64,000 bases of DNA from Octopus vulgaris (Eukaryota), in the NCBI GenBank assembly GCA_951406725.2, contig OX597818.1, forward strand, positions 5,642,001-5,706,000. Direction: 5' to 3'. Every line of letters starts with the position of its first letter. Positions within the stretch are counted from its first letter, which is position 1. The notes below the pieces were generated by a model. That model saw nothing but the letters and a program-made list of their open reading frames with translations. It had not been told where the DNA came from and searched no databases. The translations under genes and the position numbers were made by a program. Positions 39,236 through 55,735 of the stretch are shown here, in pieces.

Positions 39236-42200
39236 GAGCCTAATGATCCAAATATAATTTCTCTTCCAAAAAATGTTTCTAATATTTTAAGGAAACCTAA
39301 TTCAGTTCAAAGCACTTCTATAGTATGCAATAAGATGTTTCATTGTACAAATGGATGCTCCTCCAGATGAGGCTTTCAGAACGGACAAAATTAAGAATAG
39401 TGAAAATTTTCTTTTCGATTGTTTGTAAATTTTGATCTCAAATCATTCAAGAATTCTGATCGAAATGTTTGCTTTTTGAATACTTCTTCCATTTTGTGTG
39501 TTTTAAATTTGAAGAGAACCGTATAAAGACGCAAACTATACTTTGCGCCAAATCAAGCTCGCTATTAGATTTAAATCCACATTCAACGTGTATCTTGTTC
39601 ATTTATCTTAATTCGTATGTCTCTAATAATGACGGGGTCACAGTTATAATTAAACTAAGTATCGCTATTAACAGCACACATTAAACTAGTATAATATAAG
39701 AGCAATTGCAAGGAACGATTGTTATGAATATCGACAATAGATTTACGAGGCTATGGTTTTTACCCTAATACAAAATTTGAAAATATGACAGGCCAATATT
39801 TACACATTATGAAATTAGGCTATATAATTTCGAATATTGTGGCTGAGTCTAACATAGACGAAGAATAATTAATCCACAATTATCAATGCATAAATTCCCA
39901 CCTTGACCAATACGGTTGATTTTAAGTATCAGTCGGATTCTAAACATTGTATCTTTCTTCAATGCCAGAACAGAGTTATAAAACGCTGTATGGCCTGATG
40001 TCATTGGTATGCATTGCATGATGTCTTGTAACAGAATTGAACTTATACTATCAAGGAACGGTGCAGAACAGAGTTCCTTCAATCCAACATAAACTTTCGC
40101 CTTCAAGCCTGATACACAAATTCTTGGATATATTTTCGATCCAAACATTGTCATCTTCTGCACTAGATGACGGTGAAAAGGAACAATATCAGTGATGTAT
40201 GGAAAAGAAGATCTATTAGTCGAGTTGAATGAAAAAATTATCATAATCGCATTGGTGTATGTTTGAAATTCTGGAGGAGGAGGCGCAGCCCTACAAAGGA
40301 AGATTATGGTGTAGAACTCAAAACTTTTTTTTCTCAAACTATTTCTGAGAGACTTAAAAAATACGTTCTTTTTGACTAGTCACTTAGAGGGCACCGAGGC
40401 TTAAAGCTTTTATACACCCACAAAGCTGACTTGTTCGATTATCCAAGTAGACACCATGAGGGTTGCCAAGAAAGAAAAATTACAAGAGCACTTCAGAGGA
40501 AATAAGTTAAAGTTTCACTAGTGAACCAAACACACGACCAAATGTCTAAAGACCTCGGAAGCCACGTAAGCATATTGACACAAATACTGAGTGAAAACTT
40601 GTGAAAACGTTCATACCATCTGGCCAACTCACGCAGGGCTTCACTTCTCGCCAAATGAAATAGAAATGAATGCTTCGTATATATGTAGCACTATACGGTG
40701 AGCTGGTTACTGTCAAAATTTTCTGAACAAATACCCCCCCCCCCAAAAAAAAAGAGGAATCTTCTGACAAGCAGGTGCAGTTCTTGATAAATTTCATATC
40801 AATTTTCAAACCAGTGAAGCTTCAATCAATTAAAAGAGAAACTTGATGAAATTTAAGCGTGCAACAGTGAAACGTTTAGTGACAAGACAACTGGTCTAGT
40901 TTTCTTGATGTGATTTGCTGGCAAGTTACCCCACGAATTGAAGGATAATAAAATCATTCCCTTCGGGTTAGAAAATTATACAATATACCTGTCCAATTCT
41001 AAAATGTATAATCATTTCTACATGTCTTAGCCAAGGGAATTGTAAGCCTGAGTAGCAGATTAAAATTTCAAATAACAAAAGTTCTCAGTTGCATAATGCT
41101 CCCATATTCTTTACTAAGTAGAGGTAAATACAGATACGTCGGACAGGGAATATCGTCAGAATTATTAAATATAGCCAGAAAATATAAGAATGTTCAAATG
41201 GAGAGGAGAATAATATCAACATTCAAATATTGCAAGTGCCTCGTAAACAGGGGAGGATTGTGCTCGAGGATTTTCTTAATGTTGAAAAGTGAGTATTAGA
41301 GTGTCAATGGCGTTTGGCTTAATATAAATCTATAGAGTATAAGATCAACCCATTAAAAAGCGGATTGGGGAATGAAATTATGCCACAACATCCCTAATAC
41401 ACGCAAGCAACAGTATGTGTTCTCTGACTAAAACGTCTGTATCAGATTAGACTGAAAAAGCCTATTCTAGTTGAGAAGCATATGCCGTCACTGACTGAAC
41501 TCCGTAGCTTTGTCATTATATGCCTTTAGTTCTTTATATCTACACATTTGGAACTTGCTATTTTGCATTTCCATTGCGCATATTCTCTAAATCCCAATAT
41601 GTATGAAGTATAAACTTTCACTATAACTGCACAAATGTTTAAGTTCTATATATGTATATATTTTACGCATATACGACCATCAGATACGGATAACGCGTTA
41701 ATGTTTTCCAAATCAATTTAATCACTGTTTCATATTTGTTCATTATCCATTTAAACAATATTTCAACATGTATTTTGTTTATTTTTTCAGGTACATTTTA
41801 ATTCAGAATCGTTTAAGCTTTATAACAGCAAAATTACTTTCATTTTAATTAATTGAAGTAATGTCTTTGTACTATTTCTGTTGGAAGAACGACATAGTTC
41901 ATAAATCAGCCAATGAACCATAATTGTACACTTGTAATTTCTATAGCGTTGGATTATTTGAACGTTGTTGAAACTCATTTTAGGATCAAGAAAAAATTAT
42001 GTCTCATCTTAAGCGTAGGTTTATCAACAAACGTATGTAAAATTAAACATCATTCAAAGATTTCTCGTTGTTTCAATGCGTATTGCATACGATTGTAAAA
42101 CTTTTGATAAACCTTTTCTCATCAACTCAACGCTATGTAACACAAATAAATTTTGCTGAATTTTAAATAAGCGTAGATATTAAATAGTTTGCCTTTAAAT

Positions 42201-43831
42201 ATGCAACGCGCATATGAGTAAAAATCATGATTCTATTCAATTCGGACGAAGATTTGTATGTTACATAAAATATTTCGATATTTCTTGTTTTCTGAATAAT
42301 TACTTCATAATCGTCACCAGCAAAATTTCTACAACGTAATATGTGTAAATCTAAAATTGTAATCATTTCAAATTCAAACCACAATGTATACATCTGATTA
42401 ACGATGATGAAATAATGGAGATATTTGATGCAGTACATTGACATTAATTAAACCTGGTAGAGGTAATTTGTTATTCAATTTCCGTAATTATAGAAATAAT
42501 TTTTTTAGTAATTCACATTCCACTATATTTATTTACACTTTTATGGCATTTAATTATACTTGTACATTATGTGCTCGATGGACACGTAAGTGGCTTATTA
42601 TGTCTTTTATAGTATTTCAAATCTAAATAGTGATGCCCATCAATTCTTTCCTTCAGTTTATAACTCGAAAAGAATTACAATTGAGTTGAATCTACCAACT
42701 TTTCATATACAGAAAGACATACAAATCTCGCAATGCTACATGAAAATTCTAAATATTTCAGTTCTAAAGCTACATTTGAATTGAAACACACATTTGAAAA
42801 TCTGTAACCCAAATTTTAAAGTGATACACTAATGAAACAATTGTTCCCTACTCAGTTTTTACATACACTCTGACGACAGTTTTTCAGTGTTTTCCAGTGG
42901 CATATTTCTAGTAAGTTCATAAAAATACAGATGGCGGACCATATCGACTCTTGCCCTGTATGATAAACGTTCATTTTTAAATAATAACTTACTTGCGGTG
43001 ACCCGCTCTACGCGCAGGTAAATGTGTGGTTGTTACATTCGTTTCTGTTGTTTATCGCCACATTCTCCCTCTTTGTTTCTCTCTCCTTTCTCTCTCACTT
43101 TCCCACTCTCTTACTCTTCCTTTCTCTCGGACTATCCCTCGCTTTCTCTTACTCTCTATCTTTATCTATCTCTCTCGCATCTATAAACAACAAAAGATCT
43201 TGAGTAAGTTGTGAAAGAAAATATTTTTAAAGATCAATCATAAATATTAGGCAGTGACAACGGAAAGGTCTGCTTCAAGGCAGACAACAAAACGCTAACA
43301 TTTAAAAGGGACAGACGAACTTGCGAGTTGAAACAAATAAAAAAAAATTGGAAACCAAAGTTTGAAGGGATAGAATCTGAGGATAGTAGGCTCACCATGG
43401 CAGTTTAACAGGTGGCGTAAAATGTAGACTCACCATGGCAAGCATTCAAAACTTCTTTTTATGGACGGCAACACATTGACGATTTATAGGCTGGCGCAAA
43501 TTTTTAGCTTGCTGTAACTGAGAATTCCTAAACACCTTCTCCTGTAAATTTTAATCCCCTTCCAGCCCCATTTAGACCCCTTTTCACATATTGGTTAATA
43601 TAACACGATTTCATTCGGGTCTACTCGGGCCACATTTTATAAGATGAGGAATTTTGTCCTCGAGGTCATTTGAGGAAAAAAAAATTGTTGCCATGCAAAC
43701 TCGCCAGCACTTTTAACATAGGTGTGCATATTTTCAGCTCAACCGACCACATAATGTACACATTATATATATATATATATGTATATATTATATATCTACG
43801 CATTAAATATATTTACGCACATATATACGCA

Positions 43832-43878
<47 letters not shown>

Positions 43879-44062
43879 GTGTGTGTGTGTGTGTACGCAT
43901 TATATATATACCAATGTATTCAAATTATATATATATATTGGCCTGCTCGCTTGGCCAACGGAGTGGCGTCATTTGAACGCTAAAAAACAATGCGAAGTGC
44001 ATTGTGTCCGGCGATGTGTAGCAACATCTGATAGTCTGGTCGGTCACGGTGATCACGGTGAT

Positions 44063-44093
<31 letters not shown>

Positions 44094-47000
44094 CATATGT
44101 ATATATATATACAGATATATACACTTTGTATATATACATTATATATACATATTTATATACAGAACACACACACACATATAAATTAACTCAATAATTATAG
44201 TGGTGGCGATAATAATTCTCTCTATGAATGCAGACAGAAGTAGAGAGAGAGAGAGGGGGTGGAGGATGTGGGAGAAAGAGTGAGACCGCTGGCGAAGTCG
44301 GTTGGGGAAAGATAGTTGATCTGTCACACGTCGTTATAGAAAGAATGTGAAGGGAAGGGAGGAAAGACAGAGAGACGGAGGAAGACAGGCAGATAAGAGA
44401 ATGAGAGTAGACTTGTCGTCAAAGTGTGGGTTTTTTTACCCTAGTAACCACAGCTGTTGAGATATGGATTTCTAATCAAGCCCACTCACATCCTCCCCTC
44501 ATTTTACATGTCCCTGTAAATTTTGGAGCAAATCTGACGGGATCTATTGCTCTTTAAACCGTTCCAATGCCCAAACCAGACGAACAAACAAACTTTCTCA
44601 GTCCAGATTTATAAATATTGATTTAATACTATATTCTGATGTCCTTAGAAAATTGATAATGATATATCCAAACCAAAAAATAAACAAAAAAAAAACATGA
44701 GATACTGCAATAGAATTTGATGGCGTCAGCTTTAGAACGCATATTGAAAAATGGTATAATCACAGCAATGCAGCTTATATACTACCTTGTTATTATTGTC
44801 CTTGATCAAATATAAATATATAAACATTAGAGTATATGTATTACTTCTGTTGCTCTTTATACCTATGAAACATCGCAGAATTTACGTACCGTCATAGTTA
44901 CTTAATGAAGCAACTTAAATAGTATTTGATCCTTCAAAGTGTATTTGCTAACAATTATATAATAAAAACGCTACTCAATGTGGATACTATATCGCATAGT
45001 GGGCTCTGTTGTTCATATTTTTCACGATACAATTTATTTCGCTATGGCTGCTGGGACTAGTGTTCAACCGGAGTTCTACTCTGCGTAAAAAGATATATTA
45101 ACGAAGAAAATCCGCCTGTAGTTATCTAGGTTGTGCCTGTAATTTTTATAATAATTTGCTGTAATTACCAGCGGTTAGAATGTCTATGGATATTCATGTT
45201 TACTTGATGCTAATATTTGTATTTTCCGGTATATTTTCTAGTGTTCGTCATTGCAACGGACGATATGGCAAAATGGGCTGAAGTGTAGCAGATGTGTTGA
45301 ATATAGTTGTGGCTCTATAATTTCCTGTTATCAGAGAAGCAGGTAAGTGGTTTTATTATAATCAATTCAAGAGGTTATAAGAAGAAATCAGTTAACACTC
45401 GGTTATGGATACGATATAATATATCATTTATAAAAAAATAAGTTATGAAATAGGAGGATGATTTATGAATATACGTGTGTATCACTGTATATGTGTCGTA
45501 TAAGAAGTCTTCGACTCGTACTCTCATAGCTGGTGCCTAAGTGTAAGTAGTATTGAGATTGATACCATTGGTCTATTTGAGAGATTTATTTTGCTTAATG
45601 ATATTAGCATATTATGCAATTTACCTAGCCGAAAATCAATTGCAGTCTTCAAACAGTGGTATTTGGTCTGGGAGTTTTGAGTTAACTGCGGCAGTTTGTG
45701 TTGAAATATATGTCCAAATGTCATTGCAGAAACTTTAAATCGGATTTCTGTTAAAAATGTAAAAGAACGTTGAGAGTATGCTTTTATCAATTCCCGGAAT
45801 TACTTCTTCATTTACGTGAGAGTTGCTTAAAATTGATGCTCCTTGGCATTGCTTCTATTTCACAACTGGGGTGGTTATGTGTGTTTTGTGTTTGAAAGTT
45901 CTGTGTACATCATTCAGTACAGCGCCCCATTTAACTTATTTAAGTATAGACCCTTCGTCTAACTTAGTTTTCCTTCTTAGCTAATTTAATTTAAATGTGA
46001 GTAGTTTTGTCAGAATTTTCTTAGAGATACAGTTTAAACGAATATTTTAATAGACAAACGTATGATAGTTGAAATGCTATCATGTTCTAAGAATTCTTGT
46101 GTTTAGTAATCAAGTAAACTGTCTTATTTTTAACTTAATATACTAAAACATCGATAATAATAGAAATGTGGGGGTTTGATCGGCTGTGGTTTTGAGTGCA
46201 ATGCTAAAAGCAAGTTTTTAGCAAAAGGATAATTTTCTCGTAAAACCTTCCTATTTGTGGAGTTTAAATGAATGGCGTTATTGAAATCTAGTAGAAATCT
46301 AATCAGTAGTGTAGTTAAAAACATGCATGGCATTTATATTCAATGTATATTTGGATACTCCTACTTTTCATTTTATTTTTATTGTTTCTAAAGCGCCATA
46401 CACCGGTGTGTACTGAATCGAATTAAATACGCTGTTTACAATTCCTATTAAACTTAGATTTCACCTTACGATTAAGATTGCGTTTGTCATATAACTAAAC
46501 ATCGAACATACATTTTGACTACAATACACCTGATTACACAAACCGATTCACTTACATATATACACAACATCTATGATGTACATATTTCAATCATCATCGT
46601 TCACATTACAGCGTATAGGTTTAATACTTTTCATTTCACGTTTTGCATCAAAGGAGATTATCGTAGTATATACTGATTGTAATAAAGTTTGCTCCATCCA
46701 TGTTGATCTATATCTATTCTTATTTGAAAGCACCTAACAATTTTCTTTTCACACACAGCCATTTCAACTTAAAATTCTATATAATTCTAAACGATACCGC
46801 CCAAACGTTGGAGCCTTGGGATTTTCAAATTCGATTGTTATGTTTTCAATCACATCTATATATTTGCATATTCAAATTGCTATTATTCGAATCAACGTCA
46901 TTTAGGTAAAGGGTAAATTTAGATAAGTATAGGGTGGATTATTTCACGTTTGAAGTGCTAAATATTAATATTTGTAGGGACAAAAGGAGAGGAATGAAAA

Positions 47001-48632
47001 TACCAGATAGATAATGTTAATGAGACGACAGATAGCACGAAACTAGAGTGAGCAACAAAATAATCAATGTGGCGGTTACGTTTCGTTTGAAGACAGATTT
47101 GTAACGATAATTCAGGCAATTTAGAAATAAAAGTTATTCTATGTTGCGAAGTCTATTGATCGTTTTTATGTATCACTGTTATACAAGAAAGCTTACAAGT
47201 TATTGATATTTATCTACGTTAATAGAATATCCTTATCCTGCAATTGTGTTGCTAACATATATTTTACCACTTTCCTTAATCGAGAGTCAAATACGCTATT
47301 TATATTTAAGTTTCTCCATAAAGAAATCAAATTTCATGCATTCTTTCTATTTCTTATTGCCTATTCACTTCCTTTTGTAAATTATAGAGGAGATTCAGAT
47401 TATATGCAATATTTTATGCTGCAGACCTTACAGGGTTAGTAACCATGCTATGACTTTCATTATTTCCCCTTCTACTTTGGCAGTGATTAGGGCTACAACT
47501 TAACACCAAGCACAATAACATCAATTTCGGTCTAATGTAGCTTTATTGCCATTTAAGGTTCGCTGAAAATTAGTAAACCTTATACACATAACTCAGGTTA
47601 AGCTATATGATAAAATCTGTCAAGATCATTAATTACGCCTAATTAAATGGAATGTACTCTGCTACAGCTAGCTCTCATCTTGTCCATTGGAAAATAGAAG
47701 GCTAATTCATTATATTCGAAGCGGTGTTAACAGTCATTGGTATTAAATGTCTTTCAAGCAGGAAAATGACCACTTATTCTGCAACTTCTACTATCTAATG
47801 AGAATAAAATTTAATACATATTTGTCAGAAGATATAGCTGTAGAAATTATCTCAAGCATTGAAATGCGCATCATTTCCTTGGCATTCAATTTTCAAGGGC
47901 AGTAATATTAATGTCACAAGAATCTATGACATACCTACAAAAGAGTTTGCAGGCAATGACTGTATCTCTGTATATTCAACAACGTTGCTACAATAGCAGC
48001 AAGATTTATCTGAAACTATATATTATCCTCTAAATAATGAAGGAAGTTATAAACATGAGAGTTCTGCAATGAAAGCCGAGATGTTTTCGGCTTAAATATA
48101 TCCGCTACTAACGTTATTACACCAATATTGTCTTGGAGCAGCATTAACATTAAAGAAACATGTATATATTCAGGTCTCCAATGAATTTGCGGTAAGTGAA
48201 AAATTATTTTAATATTCGTGAATGTATTTGATCTATATCTATTCTTATTTGAAATAGAAATTCGGAGAAATAAGTCCATCCACCCATTTGTTTTTTCCAT
48301 CCACAGTCCCTAGGATGGTTATGGAGGTTGCGTCCTCAATCGTATTCTGCATAGAGTACTACCAGAGTCCCCTGTCATTACAGTTTTCATCTAGATTCCC
48401 AAGCGTAACCATCTCGTCTTCAAACAAAATCAGCGTACACCTCTAAGCAATATTCTGAAGATTTCTCGAAGACCTGCCTTTGGGTGACTATCTAGTCTGT
48501 TGTGCCCCGTCCATGATGGAATCTAATCTGTTCTTGAGCTATCTTGGCTCAGCAATTTCCTATATCTCATTTCTAGACATCTAGCTTAGATTTAACGGGG
48601 ACTCTCCGAGTTTCCACAAAAGATTCCCTCTC

Positions 48633-48680
<48 letters not shown>

Positions 48681-48843
48681 CTTTTCTCTCTTTTTCTTTC
48701 TCTCTCTCTTTTAAAACATGAAACTTACTGTCGCAATGCCCAGATGTTTGTATTATAGTATTTGGTGCAATCTCGAAACACTTCATCGTGGGTGATGCTG
48801 GTCTTATTGCTATATTTTTATTATAGAACATATTGCCACATCA

Positions 48844-49125
48844 TTTTTCATAATTTTTATGAACTGGAATTACATGTACAGTTGTTGTGGAAGTAGTATC
48901 ACAATCGATGAATGAAGAATCGATCGGCCGTTATTTGCAGACGACTTGGTGCTACTTGGCTTGTGAGAAGGTGGTCTCCAGCATGCACTGAATGAGTTGC
49001 ATGCAAAGTAATACAACACAATGATTAAAATTTATGTTGGGAAGACTGAGATATCGGCTTTGCAGCTTAATGGAACACGACTATGGGAATTGGAAAAGTT
49101 TAAGTATCTCGGTCACATATTCATG
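48844..49125 (+). mobile_element. Decayed RTE-like LINE RT fragment
   Basis: FIIFMNW...LFADDLVLL...LQHALN...KTEI...EKFKYLGHIF. Confidence 0.75.
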
Positions 49126-49619
49126 CTGTAAGAGACAAAAAAAGGAAAAGTAGTAAACAAATTAACAAAATACAGAAGTCTTTCCTATTGTAGAATCTTG
49201 TGAAAGGATGTTGATATAATTTCAAAGTATTTAGCAGCAATTTACTTATAAAATTTTGACGTGTAATTTTAAAATGAAATATTGTTCATACTTAACAATG
49301 TTAAAATGAAAGATGAGCATGCATATATTCATGAAGAATATGGGTAGGTAATTATACGATAGCAATTCTTTTGACGAATATTATTGCATAATGAATTTTC
49401 AACAGCATATGAATATATTATTTGTTTCAGTCATTAGAGCACTGCCATGATGTAGCATCGTCTTGAAGAATTTTTAATCGAATTAATCAATCTCAATATT
49501 CATTTGTTTTAATCCTTGTACGTATTATCTCGGTTCTTTTAGTGAAAAAGAGATTGTGAAGCGCTGGCGGAAGATAAATACAGACACAAAGAGCACATGT
49601 CCGAACACACACACATACA

Positions 49620-49690
<71 letters not shown>

Positions 49691-49704
49691 ACGCACTTGT
49701 ATTT

Positions 49705-49815
49705 AGGACTGGCTTCTTTCAGTTTCCGTCGACTGAATTAGCTTATAAGGATTTACTTAGTCTGAAGCTATAGTAGAAGACACTTGCCCAAGGTGCCACG
49801 CTGTGGGACTGAATC
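49705..49815 (-). mobile_element. SINE fragment (second family)
   Basis: GGCTTCTTTCAGTTTCCGTC...ATAGTAGAAGACACTTGCCCAAGGTGCCACGC...GGGACTGAA. Confidence 0.65.
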
Positions 49816-50099
49816 TGAAGAGGAAATGATATCCAATGAATACTGAAAATCCCATCAAACAAATATTGAAAAGAATAAAACCTTACAACAGAAGCCTAAC
49901 ATGATGTAAAAACACAGATCTGCGAGCAGCTGAAGCAATCATTCATGCATATTCGACCCATTCAAATTTGCAACCAAGCATCACCCAAGGGTATGTTGGA
50001 TACTAAAGTTCAATAATCTTAACTAATATTTAAAAAAATGAATTTTCTATGACTGGAAGTCATTTGATAATGGATACTTGCATGTATTGGTGTTATATT

Positions 50100-50290
50100 A
50101 TATCTTTTACCTGTTTCAGTCATTAGACTGCAGCCATGCAAGGGCACAGCCCTGAAGAATATTTAGTCGCATGTATCTAACTCAGCACTTATTTATTATA
50201 AGCCTGGTACTTATTCTATTAGTCTGTTTTGCCAAAACGTTAAGTTAGGGGGGCATGAATGCACCAGCACCGGTTGTCAAGCGGTAGTGG
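50100..50290 (-). mobile_element. SINE fragment (third type)
   Basis: Reverse-complement similarity to 25715-25880. Confidence 0.55.
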
Positions 50291-50609
50291 CGTGACAACA
50301 TACACATACGTGTGCATGCACACACACATGCATATAGTTAATCCAAACATGAACAAAGAGAAAACACGACTCTAGGACGTGGAATAAGTATAGTATTATT
50401 GGACGCTCAGGGAAGGAAAGAAAGAAGGATGATTTCACGTTTTGAGTGGAGCTTTTCGACAGAAATATAGAAAAAAGGAAAAAGCCCAAAGAAGAGAAGA
50501 CGGAGAAAGAAAATCGACAACGATACACACGCGGTCACATATTGAAATGACCGGAAGGAGATGGGTGAAGAGAAAGTTATTTCAAAGACAGGAGAGTGCA
50601 AGAGAAGGA

Positions 50610-51390
50610 GGTACGTGTGTGTATGCGTTGGTATGTGCGTGTGCGAAGGTATATGTGTGTGTGTAATGATAGCACGTGTGTGTGTATGGTTGGGCTTAGT
50701 ATCGTTTAAGGTCGGTCATAGGAAGTATTTAAAGTTAGAATTTTGGTGGGAGTGGCTGCCTGTTGTGTGTCTACCTACACGTGTGCGTAGGAGAATGGTC
50801 AGTAGAAGTTACTGGTAGTTGGAAGTATGTGTGTGCGTGTATGTATATGTAGTGTGTGTGTATGTATGTGTGTGTCCGTATGTGTGTGGGGGAATATGTG
50901 TGTGGAGTAACTGTACTTTACTCTGTGTATGTGTGTATGTGTGCTTGTATGTGCTTGTGTGTTTGTACATGTATAATTTTGTGCGTGTATGTATGAGTGT
51001 GTGCTGTGTGTGTATGGGAGGTATGTGTGGGTTCATTTGCGTGTGTGTGAGTATATACGCGTGTGTGCGTGTGAATGTATGTGCGTGTGTGCATGTGTGT
51101 GTATGTGCGTGTGTGTTTGTGCCCATGTGTGTGTAATTGTGTGCGTGCCTGTATGTGTATTGTGCGTGTTGGAGGTATATGTGCGTACATGTGCTAGTGT
51201 GTGAATGTATGTGCGTGTGTGCATGTGTGTATTTGCGTGTGTGTGAGTGAACGTGGAGATGTGTGTCGGTTTATGTGTGCATTTTGTTGCATGCATGCGC
51301 GTGTGCTTGAGTTTGTGTGTGTATGTGGCTGTACGTTTATATGTGTGTGTGTATCAAGGTATGTGTGCCTGTGTGTGCGTGGAGTTGTGT
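50610..51390. repeat. Degenerate (GT)n-rich low-complexity tract
   Basis: Directly visible. Confidence 0.85.
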
Positions 51391-51397
51391 GGGATAG

Positions 51398-51627
51398 GGC
51401 GGCAAGCTGGTGGAATCGTTAGCACGCCGGGCGAAATGCTTAGCGGTATTTCGTCTGTCCTTACGTTCTGAGTTCAAATTCCACCGAGGTCAACTTTGCC
51501 TTTCATCCTTTCGGGATCGATAGTACCAGTTACGCACTGGAGTCGATGTAATCGACTTAATCCGTTTGTCTGTCCTTGTTTGTCCTCTCTATGTTTAGCT
51601 CCTTGGGGATAGTAAAGAAATAGGTAT
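51398..51627 (+). mobile_element. tRNA-derived SINE monomer (same family as the dimers)
   Basis: GGCGGCAAGCTGG head, B box GAGTTCAAATTCC, central GCCTTTCATCCTTTCGGG domain, tail ...TAGTAAAGAAATAGGTAT. Confidence 0.85.
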
Positions 51628-51636
51628 CAGTGCTTT

Positions 51637-51790
51637 GGCAGGCTTCTTTCACTTTCCGTCTACAAAATTCACTCACAAGAATTTGGTTCTGCCCGAAGCT
51701 ATAGTAGAAAACATTGGCTCAATGTGCCATTTAGTGAGACTGAACTCATAACGATGTAACTGAGAAGCAAGCTTCTTACCACGCCGTCAC
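51637..51790 (-). mobile_element. SINE (second family), tail-to-tail with the previous one
   Basis: Similar to 61722-61856 in reverse complement. Confidence 0.65.
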
Positions 51791-51797
51791 GCTTGCA

Positions 51798-51848
<51 letters not shown>

Positions 51849-52460
51849 ATATGTGTGTGTGTGTGTCTGTGTACGTGTATATCCTACACAAACATACACA
51901 CATACTCTCCCCCACATATATAAAAGTCTTCCCATCACTTGTTTCTTATATTTTCATCACCTATTCTCCCCATAAATCATATGTACAGCTTTTTGATTTC
52001 AAGATTAACAGTATGCTGCCGTCTTTTTTGCAGTCATCAACCAACATTAATTCGCAAAGTGTACACGCCACAAACTAACCTAAATTTTTTACTGCTTTAG
52101 ATATGTAAGTGTATCGTCTATGAATCCAATATATGCATACATACACATGCAAACACACACACATACATACGTGCATGCCTGCATGTATAGGCATACACAC
52201 ACACACTGACCCACACACCTACGCACAAACAAACAAAAGGGAACGAAGTGTAAATTACGAACAGAGTCAAAACTAATGAAAAGGTTACAAGACGCAACGA
52301 AAATTTTAGAAAATAAAAATAAGTAATAAGTGGAAGTTTTACCGGTGAGTCTGTTAAATAGTAAGGCACTAAAAGAGAATGACTCTCCCCAGACACAACC
52401 GAATATGCTTCAACACACGAACTCATATAAAGTATCTTGCAAACCAAATCGAGAAACGAA

Positions 52461-53625
<1,165 letters not shown>

Positions 53626-53640
53626 TAATAGAATGTATAT

Positions 53641-54007
53641 AAACAAGGACAGACAAAGGGATTAAGTCGATTACATCGACCCCAGTGCGTAACTTGTACT
53701 TAATTTATCGACCCCGAAATAATGAAAGGCAGAGTCGACCTCGGCGGAATTTGAACACAGAACGTAACGGCAGACGAAATACCTATTTCTTTACTACCCA
53801 CAAGGGGCTAAACACAGAGAGAACAAACAAGGACAGTCAAACGAATGAAGTCGATTATATCGACACCAGTGCGTAACTGGTACTTATTTAATCAACCTGG
53901 AAAGGATGAAAGGCAAAGTCGACCTCGGCGGAATTCGAACTGAGAACGTAGCGGCAGACGAAATATGGCTAAGCATTTCACCCGGCGTGCTAACGTTTCT
54001 GCGAGCT
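53641..54007 (-). mobile_element. Dimeric tRNA-derived SINE
   Basis: Reverse complement of ~55742-56109, including the same internal dimer junction. Confidence 0.9.
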
Positions 54008-54309
54008 ATATATATATAGAGTATATATTCCCGAGGCATCGATGCTGTTGCCTCGTGGAATATTTATTCCTCCTGGCTTCTTTGCCGATGAGACGGGCCA
54101 GTGGTAAATTGACTTGATTAAATTAAATTTAATTTAATTAAGCTGGTTTGCCAAAAAGTACGTCGAAACTATGCATAGTCCAAAGATGATTAGGGTAAAT
54201 GTTTTTAATTTTCCTTTGATTTCTGAATTACTACTATTTAGCGGTTTGAGTTTCGCTGCTCGTTTTAGTGAGTTGAATGGCCTATTAAGGCCATTCCTTA
54301 ATATTATTC

Positions 54310-54370
<61 letters not shown>

Positions 54371-54372
<2 letters not shown>

Positions 54373-55168
54373 AATCATATCAAAAGGAAATGGAAATTAA
54401 TAGAAATTTTCATTTCTGGTGGCCTAGCGTGTAAAATTTTAGTCCAAAGACTATGTATTAGTCATAAAATACTGTGTACATTTAAACACATAAGGAATCC
54501 ACTCTTGGGATTCAACCCGCTAGAAAGAACAGCTATGTTCTATAACCACAAAATTAGGGATACCTTAGAGTATAAGTTACTTACTTGCTAAACTAGAATC
54601 AGAAACCAATTGGTCCAGGAAATTAGATGGTAAAATGTTTTTATTTTTCCATTTCATTCCTGTCGAATTTTATCCCTAATTTTGTGGTTATAGAACCTAG
54701 CTGTTCTTTCTAGCGTGTTGAATCTCATGAGTGGATTCCCTATGTGTTTAAATGTTCACTGTATTTTATGACTAATACATAGTCTTTGGACTAAATTTTT
54801 ACACGCTAGGCCACTGGAAATGAAAATTTCTATTAATTTCCATTTCCCTTTGATATGATTAAATATTATAAGTCTTCGGATAATTTTCTGTTTTTAAAAG
54901 TTGGCATTTTTTATTGCCGGCGAAGGATTGCGCCTGCGCATTAGATTTGGAAAAAATGAATTGTATAAACAAGAGGCACATAGTTAATCGCCTCGTGTTT
55001 ATATATTTAAATCTAAAGTGTCCTTGTTGAAAACGATTTCACCCCGCGAGTATAATTTATTTACTTGCTAAATTAAAATCAGAAACCAGGAAATTAGATG
55101 ATAAAATATTTCATTCCTGTCGAATTGTATCCCATGAGTTGATTCCTTATGTGATTAAATGTACACTG

Positions 55169-55175
<7 letters not shown>
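54371..55175. mobile_element. Penelope-type direct/inverted repeat element in (TA)n
   Basis: ~54371-54562 inverted at ~54671-54862; ~54568-54765 repeated with deletions at ~55048-55173. Hammerhead half-motif GAAA CCAATTGG TC|CAGGA near 54602-54620. Confidence 0.7.
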
Positions 55176-55203
<28 letters not shown>

Positions 55204-55237
55204 CTTTATTTAAAAGTAGCAGAAATTTTATCAAAAG

Positions 55238-55278
55238 CTGTTACTCATCACAGTTTCACATTCCCGTTCATCGGATAG
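55238..55278 (-). ncRNA. Hammerhead-like motif, U4C variant, partly decayed
   Basis: CUAU CCGAUGA ACG GGAA UGU GAAA CU..AG UA|ACAG; one mismatch in stem I. Confidence 0.5.
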
Positions 55279-55735
55279 TTTTGTTAAAATAGAACCGCAA
55301 TAACGATATGATCAAAACTAGTTAAAGGATACACCTTTAAAAAGGGATCTGTTTCATTGGTCTTTTCAATAAACGGTCTTAAGAATGCAATGTACAAAAT
55401 AAACAAAATAAATTCATTCAATAAAAACTCATCCTATTATAAAAATCGCAGAAAACTTTAATTCGAAGACCGGATTCAGAATACGTATTGTAAAAATTAT
55501 ATACGAAATATAAATCAATTAATACATTAAAATTAAAATTAAAATTTTCGTGTTTCCTTACATAAATATTTTACAACAGTGTATGCGCATACTAGATTTT
55601 TTCTTGAACATAAACATTAAATATGTAGATCATATGAAATTGAGACACAGAAGATTCATATACCCATGATGAACACCGTAAACATACTAATATACAAACA
55701 AACATTCATATACTCACAGTATAAAATAACGTTAA

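Noticed and set aside
39849-40337. 162-aa minus-strand ORF as a host gene
   Set aside because: Non-ATG start, no recognisable domain, no clear splice structure.
42990-44620. Possible Helentron/DINE-like non-autonomous pieces
   Set aside because: Only a vague hairpin and purine/pyrimidine tracts; boundaries cannot be supported.
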